This document shows, piece after piece, positions 28,860-43,659 of a stretch of DNA of 64,000 bases. A program made the translations under genes and the position numbers. Below the pieces are notes generated by a model that searched no databases, had not been told where the DNA came from, and saw only the letters and a program-made list of their open reading frames with translations. Positions within the stretch are counted from its first letter, which is position 1. Every line of letters starts with the position of its first letter. The stretch comes from the human T2T-CHM13v2.0 reference genome, Homo sapiens, in assembly GCF_009914755.1 (NCBI RefSeq), contig NC_060939.1. One strand, written 5' to 3'.

Positions 28860-30480
28860 CAAGAGCTGAAGCCAGCCGGGCACCCAGGAGCATTCCGCCG
28901 GGGCCATCTGAGGAGGGGGACTCCCGCCTGGATCCCGCTCCATCCTCGGGCCACGAGAAAGCCCTATTTGAACTCTTCTGCTCCCGCGTGGGGGCTGGAG
29001 TCCACCGTCCCTGCTTAACTACACTGCAGCTACCCGGGATCCTTAAGCTTCCTTCAACTCTCTGCACTTTGCCAGGCACCCGAAACCCACGGCGGCTGGG
29101 CGGCCCTGCTCCCGGCTCTCCGAGCCTGTACCCTCGGGGAGGCCCGGTCCGGAGGCGCCCCGCGGGAGGCTTACCGAGCAGCGAGCCTATGAAGATGACG
29201 ACCTGCACGGTGGTGGTGAACTGGCGGTACAGCTGCGCCTCGCCGAACTCCCCGAGCGCGCTGCGGTTCACACCCGCAGCCTCGGCGCCGGACGCGTTGT
29301 GCGGCTCGCTGGCATTTGGAGAGATCCAGCTCCCGTTATGTCCCATGGCGAGGCTGGGACTCCGGCTCCGCGCGCCGCCCGCCTCGGAGCCCCGCGCGGA
29401 GCCTCTCCTCCTCCGGGTGAGGAGGGACGCGCGGGCGCCTGGCGGAGTCCTGGAGAAGCCGGAGCAGCCGACGGGTCCCCTCACGTCTCCACATCGCCAA
29501 CCCCGGCGCCCGGGAGGCGGGGAGGGAGGGAGGCGCGGCTGCGCCCCATGCCCACTCCCTCCTGGATCCCAGTCAGCAGCCACAAGAAGGCGGCACGGTC
29601 AGAGCCCGCCGAGCGTCGTCCGTCCCTCCTCCAGGGTGGTCAGCGTGGCCCAGCCCACTCGACAGGAATGGAAACACAGAAGGAGGCATTCGATGGTCAA
29701 GGAGGGCGCTCTCCGCTCCCGCTGCCTCCTTCAACCGCGGGTCCTCCGCCCCTCGAGGGCTAGGGCATCCCTCTCCAGTCCCCTCGGGCTGACGCACTCG
29801 ACCCCTCTCCTTAGCGGGAGGAGAACGTTTGGCCGAAGCTATTTTTCAGTCCTGTTGGCTTCGAGGCTGGATGGCGATGTGAAGCCAACGTAATGCCCAC
29901 GCCGAGTGGCCGGAGCCACGAGGGGACCCCCGAGTGCCCGACAGCGCCCATGGCTTGGGTGGAAAGCCCTGAGCGTCCCCAGCAGCCTGGCCCTGCGCCC
30001 GGCCGCCTGCCAAGACGCCCGTGCTGGGTCCTGCTTCCCAGCCCCTCACTTGTGGCTCCGACCTCCTGCCTCAGCACTGGCGACGGGGACCCCGTTCCGC
30101 AGCGCCTTTTTGCCTCTGCATGGCTGGGCGCCCCCTTTCTTAGCCCCCCTCGGTCCCTCGGCCGCTAGAACACAGCTTGACAGCCGGGCGGGGACGAAGG
30201 AGGACGCCCCCAGTGGGGCAGTGGCACCGTCTGCGCGGCCGCCAGACTCGGTGCGCGCCTGGGGCAGCCGGGGGCGCGCGGCTGGCGAGGATGGTCACGT
30301 GGCACGCGCGACCCCGCCCCTCGCGCCCAGGCTGCCGCGGGGAGGGCGCCATCTTGGCCCCGCGGAGCGTGACTGTCTCGGCTGGAAGCGTGGGAGGCCG
30401 GAGGATCAGTGACTGGCTGTCGTGGACATGCTCGCTACACCTCCCGGGGCTTCGCTTCGTTTACTATTAACTGTCGTTAC
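28860..30480. promoter_or_regulatory. GPR176: CpG island / promoter and exon 1 of GPR176
   Basis: Very GC- and CpG-rich; E-box CACGTG 30296-30301, GC box 30312-30320, YY1 motif CGCCATCTTG 30347-30356. Confidence 0.9.
29175..29346 (-). CDS. GPR176: GPR176 (orphan class A GPCR) coding exon 1, 172 nt, phase-1 donor
   Basis: GCCATGG Kozak; MGHNGSWISPNASEPHNASGAEAAGVNRSALGEFGEAQLYRQFTTTVQVVIFIGSLL(G) with four N-glycosylation sequons (N4, N11, N17, N27) and the start of TM1; donor TCG|GTAAGC. Confidence 0.96.
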
Positions 30481-31789
30481 TCCTCTGTATCTCGTCAGCA
30501 GGGGCTGCCTGCGGTGTTAGAATTACACGCCCCTGCCACCTGGGCACGGAGCCCAGTCTCCCGGCCCCTCAGTCAGTCCTTGGGTGTAGCTGGAGCATTT
30601 AAGAAAAATGAAATATAGGAACTCAGTGCATGGTTTCCTGGGCCTTTTTATTGAATATCATTTCTAACATGTACACAGTATAACCCAGGCTTAGTGGATT
30701 CCGGGACAGAAAATGTTGGGAGCTGGGATAGTCAAGTAAACAAGAAGAAATGGTAAAGAGATGCCAAGTGGGAGAGGAAACTACGGATGCAGAGAGAGGA
30801 TCTGGGATAAAGAGAACAAAGATGCGTGGTCGACTTTATGGAAACTCGTTTCTTTTTAATAAGTGAGGTACATGGTAGAAGACTTTGACATGTTGATTAT
30901 GTGACTGGGACCAAGGACAACAACTCGAGAATTGATTAAAACTACAGTTATTCCTTGGTTGCCCCAAGGATGATCCTGGTACAATATGGCTATTTCCTTT
31001 TCACTGGTAATCCTTATTTACTCTTGAAAGGGTAAAAATCCGTGTCTTGTACATATTTGGAGTTTCACAATACCTTCACATAGTAATCTATGTGAGAATT
31101 ATTTTAAACATTTTGGAGACCAAAAAGGGGAAAGAGAAAGAGACGGAAAATTACTAATTACACTAATTGTATTTTACCCCCAAGAACGCCATTACCAGCG
31201 GTTAACATTAGTTCCAGGAGTCCAAACATAGTTTTCAAGATAAAACCCCTTACACTATAATCATTAGAAACCAAAAATTATAATAATTCACCAACATCCA
31301 GCATACTCATTTAGGAAGGGTTGAAGAATCTGTGTAAATAGAGTTGTTTGATAACAGTTATAAAAATATCCCTTTACCCATCTTCACCCTCCATCCCGAA
31401 TTCAAAACTAGTAACAGTTGGGATAAAGGTATAGAAAAGAATCAGTTTTGCAAGTGTAGAGAATGGAGAAAGCAAGAAACCGCTCTCATGTTTTCATTCT
31501 GAAAAGATATCACTAAATTCTCTACAACCCCTCAATTGGTGTTAGGGTATATGGTCAGTAGAATCAAGAAATAACCCAATCAGCTGAGATCACCATGATT
31601 CTCAGACTTGAGGAAGGATTGCCTCTCAAAAATGAAGGGCTAAAGACAGGAATAGAGTGGCACAATTCTTAATAGTTGTGTGCTGTATGAGTTTTTTTTA
31701 AGGATGAGTCAAAAGATCTTAAGATTTGTGATGTAAAAGATTGGACACGATTTAAATATGTATTAAATGTCTGTAGTAGTGTTTTTTAT

Positions 31790-32330
31790 AATTGTCTGGT
31801 CATCTACCAGTGCACAACAAACCATAACAAATTTCGTGGCTTAGAGCATAACTCCAGAAGTGTAGCTCAGCGTTGCTGCCTGGGTCTGGGATCTGAAGGC
31901 TTGTTCACTCTATGTCTGGCAGTTGATGTTGGCTGTTGACTGGGAACTCAGCTGGAACATCTATATGTGGCCTCTCCATGTGGCTGTTTGGCTTCCCCAC
32001 AGCCTGGCAGCTATGCTCCAAAAGTGAGCATCCCAAGAGAGACAAGAGTCCCAAGAGGACAAGGCAGAAGCTGCACTGACGTTTTTTTTTCTCTCTTTCT
32101 TTTTAGGTTAGCCAAGTGAAGCAGTGGGAGTGGAGAAGGAACAAAGAAATCTGTAAAGTAGTTGTGATCAATTAGTTGTAAACACCACTGCACTCAGACT
32201 CAGACCAGCTTGCATTGATTTTTATGACCTAATCTCAGAGGTTGTACAGCGTCACTTCCACTGTACTCTACTTGTTGAAGCAGCTACAAAAACACCACAT
32301 TTAAGTAAAGGGGACACTAATTGGGAGGAG
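31790..32330 (-). mobile_element. MLT1-type MaLR LTR hosting the Y3 retrocopy
   Basis: GGCCTCTCCATGTGGCTG...GGCAGAAGCTGCA...TTTTATGACCTAATCTCAGAGG motifs continue across the insertion. Confidence 0.65.
32101..32210 (-). pseudogene. Y3 RNA (RNY3) retropseudogene
   Basis: Reverse complement reads AGCTGGTCTGAGTCTGAGTGCAGTGGTGTTTACAACTAATTGATCACAACTACTTTACAGATTTCTTTGTTCCTTCTCCACTCCCACTGCTTCACTTGGCTAACC, matching hY3; A-rich tail 32082-32100; TSD TGCA(C/T)TGA. Confidence 0.93.
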
Positions 32331-32466
32331 TGTTAGTCACATTATAAGAAGAGCATGTGGAATGAGAGATTAAGTAGAGATATTATTGCAGTCATTTAAG
32401 GAAAATATAATCTCCCATAATATTAATATCTGTTTTCCTTTTGTAAAAAAAAAATGTACCATTTCA

Positions 32467-32770
32467 GGCTGAGCATGTTGGCTCATGCCTGTAATCATAA
32501 CATTTTGGGAGGCTGAGGCCAGTGGATCACCTGAGGTCAGGAATTCGAGACCAGCCTGGCCAACATGGCGAAACCTCGTCTCTGTTAAAAATACAAAAAT
32601 TAGCCGGGTGTGGTGGCAGTCACCTATAATCCCAGCTACTCGGAAGGCTGAGGCAGGAGAATCGCTTGAACCCAGGGGCGGAGGTTGCAGGGAGCTGGTA
32701 CCACCACTGCACTCCAGCCTGGATGACAGAGTGAAACTCTGTCTCAAAAAAACAAAACAAAACAAAAACT
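32467..32770 (+). mobile_element. AluS
   Basis: 16-bp TSD AAAATGTACCATTTCA. Confidence 0.9.
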
Positions 32771-32924
32771 AAAATGTACCATTTCAGATTTTTTTTCTGA
32801 AATTAAACCTGAAAAGGTCAAAAAACACATAAATTACAGTCCCTTTCAATTACTTACCAGGTACAGGTATTGTTTAAGTCTATAGAAGTTCAGACTATAG
32901 TAGTTCAAAATACCTTATACAGGG

Positions 32925-33405
32925 CAGCTTATAAAAAGCAGAAGTTTATTTCTCATAGTTCTGAAGACTGGGAAGTCCGGGTTCAAGGTTCTGGCAGATT
33001 CAGTGCCTGTCGAGGGACTGCTTTTTGGTTCACAGATAGTGTCTTCTAGCTGTCTCCTCATGTGGTAGAAGGGTGCCTTTTTTATTAGTACCCCTAGTTT
33101 TATTTATTTTATTTTATTTTTTAGAGACAGGGGTTTTACTATGTTGCCCAGGCTAGCCTCAAACTCCTGGGCTTGAGCGATCCTCCCACCTCAGCCTCCC
33201 AAGTAGTTGGGACTACAGGCACATGTTAAAACACCTGGTTCCTATTAGTGGTTATTTTATAAAGGCACTAATCTCATCTGTGGCACCAGAGCCCTCATGA
33301 CCTAATTACCTCCCAAAGATCCCATCCCCTAATACCATCATATTGGTGATGAGGTTTCAATACATGAATTTGGGGGGCTGGGGACACAAACATTCAGACC
33401 ACAGT
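32925..33405 (-). mobile_element. MaLR LTR (MLT1A/MST-like) with an Alu monomer inserted at ~33098-33240
   Basis: GAAGTTTATTTCTCATAGTTCTGAAGACTGGGAAGTCC...CTAATACCATCATATTGGTGATGAGGTTTCAATACATGAATTTGGG. Confidence 0.75.
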
Positions 33406-33713
33406 AGTTGTTACATTGATATGAGCTGGTAAGTGTTAACACCTGGCAGCAATCAGATACCCAGCCATAGGTGAAGGCAGGTGATTAGAATTACCAGCCA
33501 ACACATTTATGTGCTAGCTAATTTTTATTCAAAACTTTCTGAAGCTACATTCAAAGCAGTTAATGGGAAATGGAGTAAAAAAATAGGCAACCTCTCACTC
33601 TAGATAATGCTGTTAAAAGTAATTTTTCCTCCCAGTCCTCTCCTGTAATGAATAGTATAAGAAGGTATCCTCCCAACGTAGAGGCACCTTGTGTTTCCAA
33701 AGTTTTAATTAGT

Positions 33714-34265
33714 TGTCATGATAATTTTATGTGTCAACTTGACTGGGTTAAGGGATGCCCAAATAGGTAGTAAAACATTATTTCTGGGTGTATCTGTGAA
33801 GGTGTTTCTGGATAAAATTAACATTTGAATGGGTAGACTGAGTAGAGCAGACTGTCCTCCCCCATGTGGGTGGCCCTTATCCAAATGGTTGAAGGCTAAA
33901 ATAGAACAAAAAAGCTGAGTAGAGGGGATTCCCTCTGCCTGACTACCTTCGAACTGGGGCGGTGGCTGTTTCCTGCCTTTGGACTTGAACTGAAACATCA
34001 GCTCTTCCTGAGTCTTGAGCCTCCTGGCTTTTGAACTGAAACAACAGTAATGGCTCTCCTGGTTCTCAGGCATTTGGACTTTGACTAGAACTACACCATC
34101 AGTTCTCCTGGGTCTCCAGCTTGCCAATCTCCAGTTTGCCAACTGCGGATCTTGGGACTTGTCAGCCTCCATAACTCCATGAACCAATTTTTTGTAATAA
34201 ATCTCTTTCTATATGTCTATTTATTCTGTTGGTTCTGTTTCTCTGGAGAACCCTAATGCCATACA
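33714..34265 (+). mobile_element. MLT2 (ERVL) LTR
   Basis: ATAATTTTATGTGTCAACTTGACTGGGTTAAGGGATGCCC...AATAAATCTC...GGTTCTGTTTCTCTGGAGAACCCTAAT. Confidence 0.85.
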
Positions 34266-35675
34266 TAATTTTTAAAAAAAAAAAAACTCTTTCCTTCTCT
34301 GTTTTTCTCTTATACTTTTGTGAGTGTAGTGATAGGCCAAATCACATAAGTGCTAATAAATACTTTTCCAACAAGTACTTAACCTTGTTTAGGTGATAAT
34401 CACTTGTCTTACCTTTGTGTTCAGAAGAATTCCCAATTCCAACTTTCTTAGGTATTTATTGAAAAGCAGGAGGAGGGTTCGGTGGAGGGAAGAAGAGATG
34501 GAATAGGATTTAGGATCATTGCAAAGACCGAGGTAGTTGGGGAACATAAAGGTTTTATGTTGCCTTTCTTCTTCCTCCTTATCATTGAAGGTCTCCTCCT
34601 CCCTCCTGCTCCCCATCACACACCCTCACATGCCCCCATGTGGCCTCTTACTAAACAGGGAGAGAAGAGAAGAGCTGGAGAAATGGAAGTATTTTGTATT
34701 GGTAAGCCCAAGCAGCAGCATGCTGAGAAAAGAGGAGTTTTTATGGCCCCTGGCTACCCATCTGGAATAAACAGTTCTATTTCCAAATGGCTATTTCTAT
34801 GCCAATGTAAAAAGACATAGATAATGCAGATTATTGTGTAGACATTACTAATATTCAACAATATCTCGTTTTCCTCTTCTTCCAGGCATACTGAAGACTA
34901 TATTTCTCAGCTGCCTTTGCAGGTGGGCAGGGTCATGTGACTATTATGACTAATAAAATGTGAGCAAAAGTGACGAGTCACTTGTGGGCTGAGGCAGTGA
35001 AAAGTTGTTTGTGATTCTCAAATCTCTCTTCTGTTCTGCCATTGCAATTGTGGAAGGAGCTTTATGTTGAAACGGAAGAGCCAAAAGATTGAAGTAGTCT
35101 ATGTCTCAGTCACCATATGGGAGGGCAAATGCCCTGGAGAACCACCCAGACACACAACAAGTTTGTATGAATAAGAAATAAAACTTTGTTGTATAAGTAA
35201 TCATGATTTTTGGAGTTGCTTATTATCACAGCATAACCCAGCCTATCCTGGCAGACATTGTTATGAAAATTGGGGCCTGCATATTTAAGAGAGCACAGAT
35301 TGTATTTCTGGGGAATGGAAGGTTTTAAGTCAGGACTTTAAAAATATTCTGTGTTTATTAGTAGTGGCAAAAAGGATATCCTAGGTCCTTGTAAAATGAA
35401 AGATGGTAGCTGATAATGGAGCCTCTGGGCATCTTTGAATTAAACTATTGGGCTTTTCAAGTCAAAAAAAGCATATTGGTCTCTGATAAACTTATGTTGT
35501 TGAAACAGCTTTTTGGAGAGTACTTAAGCTTGGGGTAGGCAATAACCCATTTCTCTTTTCTTGGAGACCTAGATTGTCTCTTTATACAGATTTCTACTAA
35601 CGCTCTCAAGATAAAGAACCTAATATGGAGAGATAAGGGAGTATGAATGTTGATGTCAGTTGTACCTCTTGAATA

Positions 35676-36255
35676 TTTTGTTGTTGTTGTTGTTGTTGTT
35701 ATTGGTTTTAATGGTTAAAATATCTTTTCTCACGATGAGGAAGAAAATAGAGAAGACAAAACAATGTAGCAGCATTCACGGTAAGAGGCCAAGGATAACA
35801 ACCAGAAAGAGAAAAGAGAGAAAGAGGAAGAGAGATGGAGAGAGAGAGAAGCTGATGTTGAAATTAAACAAAATTCTGAAAGGGGCATTTTTTAAAAATG
35901 AGAGAGAAGCGGGCTGAACAATAGAGAAGCCCTTTCCTGCTGAGGGGCCGGAGCCAGGGGCTCCTAGGTGTAGTGTGGGTGCACCAGGCCCTGACATGGC
36001 CACTGGGTAGAGGACAGCACCTGAAATGGGGGCAGGTGGCGGGGCCGGGGCCCTGGGCCTTGGGCTCCATGCTCCAGAGCCCCAGGCTGTGGCTGACATC
36101 CTTTGAGTCTGGCACCAGGGCCTAGTTGAGGGTCCCCAGCAGTTCTTGGAGCTACAGAGGCAGGGGATCTTGATGTCTTCGATGGGGTAACTTACAGTCA
36201 CAGGTAGTCTCCTTGTTGGTGCTGATGAGCTGCTTCAAGTAGATGACTATCTTCT
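35676..36255 (-). pseudogene. SETD1B 3'-end retrocopy (SET C-terminus/post-SET, proximal 3' UTR, (AAC)n tail)
   Basis: 36122-36255 translates, with two frameshifts, to [42 protein letters not shown], versus SETD1B [43 protein letters not shown]; a GC-rich UTR-like stretch follows, then a degenerate A tail. Confidence 0.85.
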
Positions 36256-37050
36256 CGAAGATAGAACCATTTAAGATAGAACCATTCCAATCGTGTTCAA
36301 GTAACACTGGGCAGTTACTTGACCTCTCTAAACTCAGTTTTCTCCTCTACCAGAAATAAAGATGGCTATTTTGCAAGGCTGTTTTGAGGACAACAAAATA
36401 TTGAATCAATAAAAACCTCTGACAGTGAGACATTATAGGCCATCAATAAAGGGCAACTATATAAGATCAATTCCTGTTTGTTGATGTTTAAAGAAATCAA
36501 ATATCAAAAAGGGGAAAAGTCACCATCTAAGATTTTAAAAAATTCTTGCTATAGATTTAAATAAAATACAAGCTTTATATTTCAAAAATGAAAAAAAATC
36601 ACTTTTTTGGAATTAACAAAGGACACAGTGGCTTTGGGGGAATTTTGACTTGAAGATTTAGAAGTCCAGAATTTAGCCTTTACATCATTGGCCTAAATAT
36701 GTTTAGTTTTTATGGTTCTCAGTTTTGGGCATGTTAAATTACCATCCAAAGCAATTATCTGTTTAAAAGATAATAAGACAGCCCTTCATGTATTCCAAAT
36801 TATCGCAATATGTGGATTGGGAAACGGTTTTCTACTTACATGAATCTATGAATATATCTCCTAATGCAGTTTCCCAGGAAAATGGCATTAGAAGGTATAT
36901 CAGGAGTTTCTAGTAGTCCTTATACCTACAGACTTCCTGTTAAATTCATCAAGAATATCTGGGAAGGGTGAACTTGAATATTCCTTCCCTCCCTCTCCAG
37001 GAAGCCTCAATAGTCACATACACACAGACACACACACATAGTGATCATAA

Positions 37051-37675
<625 letters not shown>

Positions 37676-38259
37676 GCCCAGACTAATTTTTAATAGCAAA
37701 TATGTCAAACTAAAATATCCATGAGTATTATCACCTTCAAAGGAGTCACCTTGGGAAGGTATTTAGCTGCTGAAGATTATCATGATTTCTCAGCACCTTT
37801 TTAGGACTTCTCTTTTATAATTAATTTTGGAAGCTGACACATTTTTTCCTGTATCACTTATTATAATAAATATGTCCTTTAAGAATAAATTGGATTTATT
37901 TTAAAGAGCCAAATGTTATCTAAGACAAATTCTGGTGAATTAAGTGATTAAGGTAGTAATATTCTTTAGTAAAAGATGGAATATGGATATAAAATACTAT
38001 GACTCATAGTCTGACTTTGAAGTAATGACACGGCTGTGGAATAAAGGTATATACTTATTCCAAAATTTAAAGGGCAAGACTCATTCGGGTACATAAATAT
38101 GTAAATGCACACAAACACCCACAAAGTAATGCAAAAGTCACTAACAATTTTTATTTCAGACTTTCTTGAGCAGCAGGAACAGTGTTGCCGCTCTGCTCCT
38201 GGCTGCTAAGTCACAGTATGCTGCAAGAACAAGTGCCTTCACCTCCCGGAAGAGGAGAC

Positions 38260-38990
<731 letters not shown>

Positions 38991-39439
38991 ATTGCAGTTT
39001 TAAAATTTGGGAAACAGTGACCAAAATCTGAGAGCTTCTCTTTGGAACATCAAGGGCAAGCAGCAAGACCAGGAGATGTAGTTTGGGGGAGCAAGAAGGA
39101 CATATAGGATTAGAGACTCTTCTTTGGAAGACTGATCTAAAGGTTTAGGAAGTACTTGGAGAAGAAGGAAATGTTGGGGTGTCCTGATGAGTTGGTTTGT
39201 GAACCCCAAGTATACAAAGACATCCTTATGAGGCAGAATGTCTCAAGGACTTAGAGGTTATCTCCCAGGAGCCAGTCATGGGCAAATCTTTTCTTTGAAA
39301 TATACGGAGTTTATACATCGCAAGCCTGCTTAGTTAACCCCGTATTGCACATACAGCAACCAAATGCAATGTGTGGACCTTGTTTGAATTTTGATTCAAA
39401 CAAACCACTGTAAACAAAACAAAACAAAAAAATGACCTT

Positions 39440-40935
<1,496 letters not shown>

Positions 40936-41305
40936 TATTTTTTTTGCTTTGAACTTTGACTTTAAAATAATTTCCAACTTACATAAAATTTTCAAGTCAC
41001 TCAAAGAGCTCTCATATATCCTTCACCTAAATTCTCCAATGTTCAACATTCTACATTTGATTTAGCATCATCTCTCTTCTTTTTCCTGAATCATTTGGGA
41101 GCTAACTGCATATTTAATACGTCACTGCCCCCTTAATGCTGCATTTGGTATAATACTGCCATGTAATCCACAGATTCCTTTCAAATTTTGCTGTTTGTTT
41201 TAATTATATCTTTTATAGGTCCAGCGTCCAGTATAGATTCTAATTTTACACAATGGAAATATTTGAACATAGATTAGGTATTAAACGATGCTAAGAAATT
41301 GTTAA

Positions 41306-41581
41306 TTTTTTTTTAAGAGACAAGGTCTTACTCTGTTGCCCAGATTGGAGTGCAGTGGTGCAATCACAGCTCACTGCAGCCTTGGACTCCTGGGCTCAAG
41401 CAATCCTCCCACTCAGCCTCCTGAGGGTGGGACTACATGTCACCTCGTCCAGCTAATTTTTTATTTTATTTTTTGTAGAGATGGGGCCTCGCTATGTTGC
41501 CCAGGCTGGTCTCAAACTCCTGGCCTCAAGTGATCCTCCACCTTGTGCTGGGATTACAGGTGTGAGCCACTGTCCCTGGCC
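41306..41581 (-). mobile_element. AluJ-like
   Basis: Diverged Alu dimer. Confidence 0.85.
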
Positions 41582-42819
41582 AAAGGGTTACATTTTTAGG
41601 GTATAAGATTAGTAATATGTTATGTTGGTTCCTTTTCTAGTTAGAGATATATCCTTAGGTATTTATTTTTTAAAATGATATGATTGAGACTTAAAAAAAA
41701 CACTCCTGAGGGATGGAGAGAAGAGATGAAATAAAATTGACAAAATATCTATGGTTGTTGAAGCTGGATGATGAGTACAGAGGAGTTTACTTCTAAGTAT
41801 GTTTGACATTTTCATAAATATAGGTTTAAAAGAATTTTTTTAAAGACCAATAGAGAAATGGAGTAATTTTAAGGATTAGAGTGCAATGGCCATATTTGCA
41901 ATTTAGAAACATTACTCTGGCTGCAATAGGAAGAATGGCTTAATGTGGGGCAAGAATGAAGACAGTGACTAATTAAGAGAGTTATTGAAGTAACCCAGGG
42001 AATTGGTGACAGTAGCCTGAACTAAGTTAGTGGCAATGGGTTAGAGTGTAGTGGATGGACAGAAGTGGTGACTATTTGGATGTGAGTTGAGAGAAAGGGA
42101 ATTCAGAATCACACTCAGTTGAATGGTGCCATTTACCTAGTCAGAGATCACTGGAGAAGGAACGGGTCTCCAGCAGAGGGAAGATGATGATTTAAATTGG
42201 CCTTGGGTCAAGCTAGTGCATTTGTGTTATCTGGCCAGAAATGAGTGGATAGATGGCAGCAAGGAATTTACACAATCATTATTTAGTGAACAGTGGAGGA
42301 GTAAGCAAGGTAGACAGAAGAAACGTCACTTAAACCTAACTTGGGTTAGTACAATAGGATTATTCGAAATGGACATGCAGCATTAGTAAGTTACTGAAGA
42401 TGAAGTGCAATAACAATGTCTGGGTAGACAGGTTATTATTTTATAAACTTGAAAAACGACGACTTGAGGCAGGATATAACACAAAGACTCCCTAAATTCA
42501 CACTGAGTGAACTGGGAAGGGAACATGATTCTCTTCATGGGAAGGTAGCTCATAAAGATGCCTGAGTGGAAAGACAGTTTTCAATTGAATTTGCAAGGTG
42601 GTAGTGGAGATCCCCAAAGCTGGGGAATGTAGAGACAGAGAACATAATGAGGGTGTTGAATCTGTGGCTCAGAGAATAAGTTTGGGGGTACTAAAGTGGG
42701 AGGAAGGAGGGTGGGGGGGGTCACAATTTTTACTCCCGGTAGTCTTGTTCTGGGAAGGTACAAGGTGAAATTAGAAGTGACCTCAGAACCCATCGACGTC
42801 TGCCCTTTAAGAGTTTCCC

Positions 42820-43167
<348 letters not shown>

Positions 43168-43333
43168 TTAAAGATACTTGTTTCGTGAAAACTATACAAT
43201 GTGGCGTTTTCATTCCTATCTGTGATTCATTTCTTAAGTTCGTGGAGTTCCTTTGCTCCCCTTCCCCCAGCAGGATGTGGGCAAAGCTGTCCCCCTGCCT
43301 TCTTCCTTCGCCTGGGCTTCTGGAGCCTCCGGA

Positions 43334-43454
43334 GCTAGCTCCCGGCGCGGAGCTCCGCCTACGGCCCGTCCCCGGCGCGGAACCCCGCCCACGAGCCCGT
43401 TTCCAGCGTGGAACACCGCCCATAGCCCGTCCCCAGCGCGGAGCCCCGCCCCGC
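43334..43454 (+). repeat. Four degenerate ~30-bp tandem units
   Basis: Units start at 43334, 43364, 43395 and 43425; consensus GCCCGTCCCCRGCGCGGARCCCCGCCCACR. Confidence 0.85.
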
Positions 43455-43515
43455 AGGCTGCCGGGGGCCCACCGCCGCCCAGGCAAGGCCGCCCTGCCTT
43501 GGGCGCAGCGCTGCC

Positions 43516-43659
43516 ATGGCTGGGGGCCGTGGGGCCCCCGGGCGCGGCCGGGACGAGCCTCCGGAGAGCTACCCGCAACGACAGGACCACGAGCTACAGG
43601 CCCTGGAGGCCATTTACGGCGCGGACTTCCAAGACCTGCGGCCGGACGCTTGCGGACCG
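43516..43659 (+). CDS. EIF2AK4: EIF2AK4 (GCN2) coding exon 1, 144 nt
   Basis: GCCATGG; MAGGRGAPGRGRDEPPESYPQRQDHELQALEAIYGADFQDLRPDACGP (start of RWD domain); donor CCG|GTAGGA. Confidence 0.97.

Noticed and set aside
28988-29893. 301-aa plus-strand ORF antisense to GPR176 exon 1
   Set aside because: Non-ATG start, Pro/Arg/Gly-rich low complexity, and expected from stop-codon scarcity in a CpG island; no domain recognised
35660-35917. ORF with a Leu-rich signal-peptide-like N-terminus and basic tail
   Set aside because: Translation of the (TTG)n tail and purine tract of the SETD1B retrocopy on the opposite strand
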